Shown here: positions 58,846 through 64,000 of the stretch, one piece after another | Numbering within the stretch: the first letter of the stretch is position 1 | Layout of the letters: each line of letters starts with the position of its first letter | Source of the DNA: Candidatus Eiseniibacteriota bacterium | GTDB lineage: Bacteria > Eisenbacteria > RBG-16-71-46 > JASEGR01 | DNA: 64,000 nt | Direction of reading: 5' to 3' | NCBI GenBank assembly: GCA_030017955.1 | Contig: JASEGR010000001.1 | Span: 13,761 to 77,760 of the forward strand | The notes under the pieces: model-generated | The model's database searches: none | What the model saw: only the letters and a program-made list of their open reading frames with translations | Told to the model about the DNA's origin: nothing | Translations under genes and position numbers: made by a program

Positions 58846-59550
58846 TCAGTTGACGAACCTGTATTTGAGAAGGGTGTAGAGTGCGATCACGCCGTCGATC
58901 CACCTTACTTTTTTCCCTTCGTTCGTTGTCCTGGGATGGTAACCGATGGGCACTTCGAATATCCTGTGCCCTCTCTTTCTGAGTTTTGCAGTCACCTCGG
59001 GACAGAATTCGAATCTCCTGCACTTGAGTTCTATGCTTTTTATGACATCAGTCCTGAAAACCTTATAAGCAGTCGCTTCATCCGTTATATTGCACCTGTA
59101 GAGCAGGTTTGCAGCGGTCGTGAGCACGATATTTGCAATCTTGCTCCTAAATGGAAGTCCCTCCACCTTCCGCAAGAATCTTGAACCATAGACAACTTCT
59201 TCTTTTCCCGAAATGATGGGTTCAAGAAGCTTTTCGTACTCCTCCGGGTCAAGCTCAAGATCTGCGTCCTGGATTATCACGATGTCTCCGGTGACATAAG
59301 AGAGTCCGACTCTGATAGCCGCCCCCTTGCCGAAATTGACTCTTGAGGCATGGACAAGAAGAACGCCGCCAAGCTTTTCCTTTTCCCTGGCCAGCACTTC
59401 CTGGGTCCTGTCAGTTGAGCCGTCATCAATGACTATCATCTCCTTTTCAAGCGGGACCCTGGAGACTCTCTCGACCACTTCCCCAATGGTGCTCTCTTCG
59501 TTGTAAACCGGTATGATTACCGAGAGTTTCAGACTCCTTCTCCTTCCCGT
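58846..59550 (-). CDS. Dpm1-like GT2 glycosyltransferase; conserved N-terminus lies upstream of the ORF-track GTG start
   Basis: The ORF track begins at GTG 59478 ([23 protein letters not shown]). The in-frame upstream codons up to the TAA at 59551-59553 encode [24 protein letters not shown], the canonical GT2 N-terminus. That stretch contains no ATG, GTG or TTG. Confidence 0.6.
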   Translation of the reverse strand, partial: TGRRRSLKLSVIIPVYNEESTIGEVVERVSRVPLEKEMIVIDDGSTDRTQEVLAREKEKLGGVLLVHASRVNFGKGAAIRVGLSYVTGDIVIIQDADLELDPEEYEKLLEPIISGKEEVVYGSRFLRKVEGLPFRSKIANIVLTTAANLLYRCNITDEATAYKVFRTDVIKSIELKCRRFEFCPEVTAKLRKRGHRIFEVPIGYHPRTTNEGKKVRWIDGVIALYTLLKYRFVN

Positions 59551-61050
59551 TTAGCCGAGGCCCCTCCGGGCAAAATAGAAAGCCGATATCGTGAGAAGAG
59601 AAATGACGACGAACAGAGCAAGATTGAGACTTCCGGGAACACCAAATCTCGTCGAGTAGTAGAACCAGTAGTCTATTCCTCCCATCAGACTTTCTTTCTC
59701 TTCATCACCAAGCGGGATTCTTCCGCCCTCCTGGCTCAAAGCGCTCAGAGACAGTTCCTTCTCCGTCCCATTCAGGATTGAACCGGCGTTCTTCCTGAGC
59801 ATCTCCCAATGCCCGGCTACTGGGGAAAATCTTGGGTTGAAGTGCGAATCGGCAAGAAACCTTGGGTCCGTGAACTCCCTGGTGTACGGATATTCACCGA
59901 TTTCCCTGAGGTACGAGCCATAGTAGATTGTCGCGCCGCCTATCTGGACAAAGATGCCGATGACAAAAAGCGTTTTGTAGAGGACTCTGGTTAAAGAAGG
60001 CGATTTTCCAGGAAGACCTTCTTCGAGAACCATGAGAAGCGGAAGCAACATCGGCCCGAGGAGAGGAAGAAGGTATCTTGGTCCCCAGCTGCCGTCCCCT
60101 GCCCACGCCCTGAACTTCGCGTAGAGAAGAAGATTGAGCACAAAGGTCACAGTAAGAAGAATCGCGAGTGATCTCTCTCTTCTCAGGAAAAGTCCGAGTC
60201 CACAAACAGAAAGAATGAGTATTGGCGCATAGAGAAAAACGCTTTTCCCGGAGCTCAAAAGGAGACCGTACAATCCGACAAGGATAGGGGTCGAGAAGCC
60301 GGCGGGCGTCCCCTCATTCATGTAGCCGCTCTGGAACGGCGAGCCGAACCTTGCATAGTTGTAGAGAAGCATTGCTCCAAATCCGGCTGCGACCGGAATG
60401 AAAAAGCTTGCCGATTTCTTTCGCAACTCAGGCCCAAGCATAAATATTGACGCAGGCACCAGGAGAACGACCGTAGCGGATTTCACCAGGATGAGAAAGA
60501 AACCCGAAATGCCGGCAAGAAAAACAAAGAGCGATCTCCTCTCATTTCTTCCGCGGTAGAGAAAGTAGAAGAGGCTCAGGAAGAAGAAACTCAGAATTGA
60601 TTCTGCCGTGTAGTACTTTGCGTAGGGCCATGCAAAAGTCGAAATTCCGTATCCACAGGCCACGATGAATGACGTTCGCCCATTGAATCCCAGAGCCCTG
60701 CCAAAGAGAAACAGAATCAAGCACGCCCCGGCCGTGAAGAAAGCCGCAAGAAGCGAGACGAAGAATTTTTGCACAAACTCAGCGGCTCCCGGAGGTGCAA
60801 AAGCAGAGGCCAGCTTACCAACCAGGAAGAGAGGAATGGAAAGGATTGCCTGCCCTATGCCGGCCTTCGTATAGAGTCTTCCGTCCTTTCCGGGAAAAGC
60901 ATTCCCGTACGGAACGGATACGGTTCCGTGCTCGACAATGCTCTTCGTAAGAAGAAACATCGTGTTCCCGTCGCTGCTTACGATGTGACCGCCGGATGTG
61001 AGTACGTAGAAGAAGAGAAAGAAGAGGAATATGAAGACCAGGTTTTTCAA
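59551..61050 (-). CDS. Polytopic membrane protein, putative GT-C-fold glycosyltransferase
   Basis: 499 aa with about 12 TM helices; the N-terminal loop contains SSDGNTMFLLTKSIVEHG. Confidence 0.4.
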   Translation of the reverse strand: MKNLVFIFLFFLFFYVLTSGGHIVSSDGNTMFLLTKSIVEHGTVSVPYGNAFPGKDGRLYTKAGIGQAILSIPLFLVGKLASAFAPPGAAEFVQKFFVSLLAAFFTAGACLILFLFGRALGFNGRTSFIVACGYGISTFAWPYAKYYTAESILSFFFLSLFYFLYRGRNERRSLFVFLAGISGFFLILVKSATVVLLVPASIFMLGPELRKKSASFFIPVAAGFGAMLLYNYARFGSPFQSGYMNEGTPAGFSTPILVGLYGLLLSSGKSVFLYAPILILSVCGLGLFLRRERSLAILLTVTFVLNLLLYAKFRAWAGDGSWGPRYLLPLLGPMLLPLLMVLEEGLPGKSPSLTRVLYKTLFVIGIFVQIGGATIYYGSYLREIGEYPYTREFTDPRFLADSHFNPRFSPVAGHWEMLRKNAGSILNGTEKELSLSALSQEGGRIPLGDEEKESLMGGIDYWFYYSTRFGVPGSLNLALFVVISLLTISAFYFARRGLG

Positions 61051-62156
61051 TTCTCTATTGCCTCCACTACCTTCGCCCAGGAGAACTTTTCCCTGTGTGC
61101 ACGAATATTCTCTCTCATTGAAGGGCCAAGATCATCCTTGAAGAACCTGATGACAGCCTCTGCAATTGCGTTACTGTCGCCTGGCGGAACCAAGAGGCCT
61201 GTTTCTCCGTCACTGATCGCCTCCGGAACTCCCCCGACCTTCGTGCTTACGGCAGGCACCTCAAACGCATAGGCAACCTGGACCACGCCGCTCTGGGTCC
61301 CCGACGTATAGGGAAGAACAACCACATCCGCGGCGCTGAAATACCGCCCAACCTTGTCGTCAGGGATGTAGCCTGACATTATCTTCACTTTCTCCCCAAT
61401 TCCAAGCTTCTTCACAATCGACGTGTACTTCTCGACGGGCTCATAGAAGTCGCCGACGACAAGCAGCGTGGCGTCAATCTCTCTGAGTATGAGCGGCATG
61501 GCCTCAATGAGAAACTCAAGCCCCTTGTACGGCCTCACGTAGCCAAAGAAGAGGATCACGTTTCCGGAAACCTGAACTTCACGCCTCGCAGCCACTCTGT
61601 CAACCGCCTCGGCTGCGAAGAACGAATAGTCAGGATGGAAGACTTCTCTTACTTCTGCGCGTGGTTTCAACTTGAGCAGTTCATTCTTTACGAAACCGGA
61701 CATCACAAGGAAACGGTCCACCTGCGAAAATGCAAATCTTGTGAGAATTTTATCCCCGGGCCTTCTTTCGTGAGGCATGGCGTTATCGCAGATGAAGATG
61801 ACTCTCGAGCCCGTGAATCGTCTGGACAAGAGAGAGATAGTCCCGAAGCAGAGCCCAAAAAACGGAGTCCACCATTTGAAAATAAGGAGGTCCGCCTTTT
61901 CCCGATGGACAATCCTGAAAGCTCTGATCCATGTGAAGGGATTAAGAGAATCTATGATCCGGCAGGAATCCACTTTTATCTTGGGCTTCCCCGGCTCAAG
62001 CTGGCTCGTCCCGGGAAAGAGGAACCGCGGATATTGCCTCCTGAATGAAATGAACACGACGGCGTGATTCTTTGCAAGCTCCCTGTGGAGAACGGCAAGA
62101 TACTGCGCTATGCCGCCCCTCAAAGGAAAAGCCGGACCGATGATGGCTATTTTCAA
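61047..62156 (-). CDS. Glycosyltransferase family 4
   Basis: 369 aa. EVPAVSTKVGGVPEAISDGETGLLVPPGD. Confidence 0.8.
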   Translation of the reverse strand: MKIAIIGPAFPLRGGIAQYLAVLHRELAKNHAVVFISFRRQYPRFLFPGTSQLEPGKPKIKVDSCRIIDSLNPFTWIRAFRIVHREKADLLIFKWWTPFFGLCFGTISLLSRRFTGSRVIFICDNAMPHERRPGDKILTRFAFSQVDRFLVMSGFVKNELLKLKPRAEVREVFHPDYSFFAAEAVDRVAARREVQVSGNVILFFGYVRPYKGLEFLIEAMPLILREIDATLLVVGDFYEPVEKYTSIVKKLGIGEKVKIMSGYIPDDKVGRYFSAADVVVLPYTSGTQSGVVQVAYAFEVPAVSTKVGGVPEAISDGETGLLVPPGDSNAIAEAVIRFFKDDLGPSMRENIRAHREKFSWAKVVEAIEN

Positions 62157-62159
62157 TTG

Positions 62160-63098
62160 TTACTCTCTCACTCCCAGGAGAAAGACTCTGTCACCCCACA
62201 TTCCGGTCAGTCGCGTAAGAGAAGAGTTCAATGTCTCAAGCAAGGTAAACAATACTTTTTCAGGACCGGAGAATTTTCTTGGATTGGCAGGCATCTTCGT
62301 GACGATTGTTCGCCTGACTTTGAATCCGGCTGCTTCAACGAAGAGGGCAAGTGTCCGTGGCGTGAATTCAATCAGGTGGTACGGGGGCGAGAAGAGAGTC
62401 TTCTTTCTCCTGGATATTGAGTAGCCAAGCATCCCCAGTCTTCTCGAGAGCGTATCCAACGACGTGGGGACAGCGACCGCCAATATGCCGCCAGGTCTTA
62501 GAATTCGCCTCACTTCGCGGAGATCGTCGAGCGGGAATTCAACGTGTTCGATGACATCCCCCAGGAAAGCAGCATCAAAGCTTTCATCGGGAAGGCCGGC
62601 GCTCGAAAGAGTTCCTTTGTGGACGGGCAGTCCAAGCTCCTCGCACGCGAATCTGGATGCTTCGGGAGAAGGCTCAACTCCGAAGACTTCCCATCCCTCG
62701 CCCATTGCAGTCTTGAGGAAGTAGCCTCCGGCGCAGCCGATCTCAATTATCTTTCCCTTCTTCCCGAGAGAAGCCTCTATCTTGCCGAGCGTATCAAGGT
62801 TCCCCGCTCTCATGTGAATCTCACTTCCAAAGTACTCTCCGGAATGTCCACATCTGAAGTCGCCGTCAAAATAAGACTTTCCGTACATGATCTCGAGCTC
62901 TGCTTCCTTCGGCTTCCGGGAGAGAAACGCGACGCCGCAGCGTCTGCACTTGACGGCGGGAAACCTCTTAGAAAGATAGAGGTATTCAAAGGGAAGATTC
63001 TTCAGGATTTCGGAGCTGCAAAGGGGACAAAGAGAAGTTCTCTCGGGCAAGGGCTCACCCAACCTCCCATGTATCAAGTCCTCTGAACTCGAATCCAA
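62160..63098 (-). CDS. Class I SAM-dependent methyltransferase with N-terminal zinc ribbon
   Basis: 312 aa. CPLCSS...CRRCG followed by IIEIGCAGGYF. Confidence 0.7.
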   Translation of the reverse strand: MDSSSEDLIHGRLGEPLPERTSLCPLCSSEILKNLPFEYLYLSKRFPAVKCRRCGVAFLSRKPKEAELEIMYGKSYFDGDFRCGHSGEYFGSEIHMRAGNLDTLGKIEASLGKKGKIIEIGCAGGYFLKTAMGEGWEVFGVEPSPEASRFACEELGLPVHKGTLSSAGLPDESFDAAFLGDVIEHVEFPLDDLREVRRILRPGGILAVAVPTSLDTLSRRLGMLGYSISRRKKTLFSPPYHLIEFTPRTLALFVEAAGFKVRRTIVTKMPANPRKFSGPEKVLFTLLETLNSSLTRLTGMWGDRVFLLGVRE

Positions 63099-64000
63099 AC
63101 TCGACTATCTGTCCGCCCAGTTCCTCCAGCCTTTCTGCAACAATGTGCTTCTTGCCGAAGTCACAGAAAAGGAGCAGATATCCGCCTCCACCGGCGCCAA
63201 GGATCTTGCCGCCGATCGCACCGTTCTTTCTTGCCACATCGTAGAGCTCGTCTATGCTTTCGTCAGTAATGGCCTTGTCGAGTTTCTTCTTGTTGCCCCA
63301 AGAGAGATGCAGAAGCTCGCCAAACTCAGAGAGCTTTCCGAGGAGAAGCAAGTCCTTCATGACGATCGCATCCTGTTTTATCGCATCAAGCGCACGGACT
63401 ACTTCCTCTTTCCGTTCGATGTAGGACCTGGTCTGCCTGGCAACAATGTTTGCCGACAGCCGCGTCTTGCCGGTGTAGCAGAGCAATAGACCATACTCTA
63501 GCTCGTTAATGACCGACGGCTTCATCCTGAGCGAATTCACAACGGTCTTGCCGTTTCCAAACTCAATGAAGTTGAATCCTCCGAAAGTTGCCGCGTACTG
63601 ATCCTGTCTCCCTCCGGCAATCCCAAGACCAACTCTCTCAATCTCGTACGCAAGCTCTGCAATCCCGTAATCGGTAAGAGGAGTTTTCAACCAGTTCACA
63701 AATGTCCCGATGAGAGAAACGACCATTGTTGAAGAAGAGCCGAGTCCCGAGCCGGGTGGAGCATCAGTATGGATGAAGAGATCAAATCCGGATTCCGCAC
63801 TCATCCTTTCTGCGACTGCTCTCACCAGACCGAGTTCTGAATCGACAGCCATGCTTTTGCCTTTTGAATACTTTGCGACAACGTCATAATCGAGAGACGT
63901 GATGGTGAGCTTCTCATCCTTTCTTTCAACAAGAGACGAGAAGGCATACTTGTTGATCGTCGCACTGATAACCGCCCCTCCCCTTTCCTCCGGATAAGGG
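63055..64000 (-). CDS. GHMP-family sugar kinase (HddA-like heptose-7-phosphate kinase); 5'-truncated at window end
   Basis: The ORF track gives 63055..63852, but the frame stays open to 64000. The encoded upstream sequence is ...GGAVISATINKYAFSSLVERKDEKLTI.... The GHMP motif PPGSGLGSSS is present. Confidence 0.7.
   Translation of the reverse strand, partial: PYPEERGGAVISATINKYAFSSLVERKDEKLTITSLDYDVVAKYSKGKSMAVDSELGLVRAVAERMSAESGFDLFIHTDAPPGSGLGSSSTMVVSLIGTFVNWLKTPLTDYGIAELAYEIERVGLGIAGGRQDQYAATFGGFNFIEFGNGKTVVNSLRMKPSVINELEYGLLLCYTGKTRLSANIVARQTRSYIERKEEVVRALDAIKQDAIVMKDLLLLGKLSEFGELLHLSWGNKKKLDKAITDESIDELYDVARKNGAIGGKILGAGGGGYLLLFCDFGKKHIVAERLEELGGQIVEFGFEFRGLDTWEVG

Noticed and set aside
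1-64000. Mobile elements, integrases, transposases, phage genes
   Set aside because: No ORF has transposase, integrase or recombinase motifs. No inverted terminal repeats flank any block. The palindromic repeats are too short to be IS elements.

Overview
This 64 kb window looks like part of a bacterial chromosome (about 55% GC; guess: an uncultured or candidate-phylum organism). All genes but one are on the minus strand. I see no rRNA, tRNA, CRISPR array or mobile element.

Reading right to left on the minus strand, the content is:

- **Hybrid sensor kinase and binding protein (30452..33396).** A hybrid sensor histidine kinase and an overlapping periplasmic substrate-binding protein sit directly upstream of mraZ.
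- **Cell-division and cell-wall (dcw) cluster (30260 down to 12338).** Gene order is mraZ, a small STAS-like ORF, rsmH, ftsL, ftsI (with C-terminal PASTA repeats), murE, murF, mraY, murD, ftsW, murG, murC, murB, ftsQ, ftsA, ftsZ. There is no ddl. The STAS-like ORF between mraZ and rsmH is unusual.
- **Downstream of ftsZ.** A TPR-repeat protein and a radical SAM protein with a B12-binding-like N-terminal domain.
- **Only plus-strand gene.** A secreted protein with tandem GyrI-like domains (8078..8668).
- **Queuosine-precursor genes.** queD, a 50-bp tandem-repeat block, queE, queC.
- **Left end.** nadE, a GlcD-like FAD oxidase fused to a 4Fe-4S domain, and a gene truncated at the window start encoding a glutamate-synthase-like FMN/Fe-S protein.
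- **Right half (about 33.4 to 64 kb).** A roughly 30 kb surface-glycan biosynthesis locus that runs off the window end. It contains five GT2 and four GT4 glycosyltransferases, three large membrane proteins of the GT-C / YfhO type, a Wzx-like flippase, CapD/PglF, WecB, a sugar aminotransferase, a sugar-1-phosphate nucleotidyltransferase, an SDR dehydratase/epimerase, a cobalamin-dependent (class B) radical SAM enzyme, two zinc-ribbon SAM methyltransferases and a 5'-truncated HddA-like GHMP kinase.

The most unusual features are these:

1. A 1387-aa single ORF (40319..44482) that fuses a GT2 domain, a WbaP-like phosphoglycosyltransferase domain with degenerate catalytic motifs, beta-propeller repeats and a T9SS/FlgD-Ig-like C-terminal domain.
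2. A Dpm1-like GT2 adjacent to a YfhO-like membrane protein, the arrangement of a three-component glycosylation system.
3. A family of short GC-rich palindromic intergenic repeats found at three loci.
4. A GT2 gene whose conserved N-terminus is encoded upstream of any canonical start codon.

The supplied ORF track omits ORFs that run off either window edge, so both edge genes were read manually. Coordinates near repeats are approximate to within a few bp.
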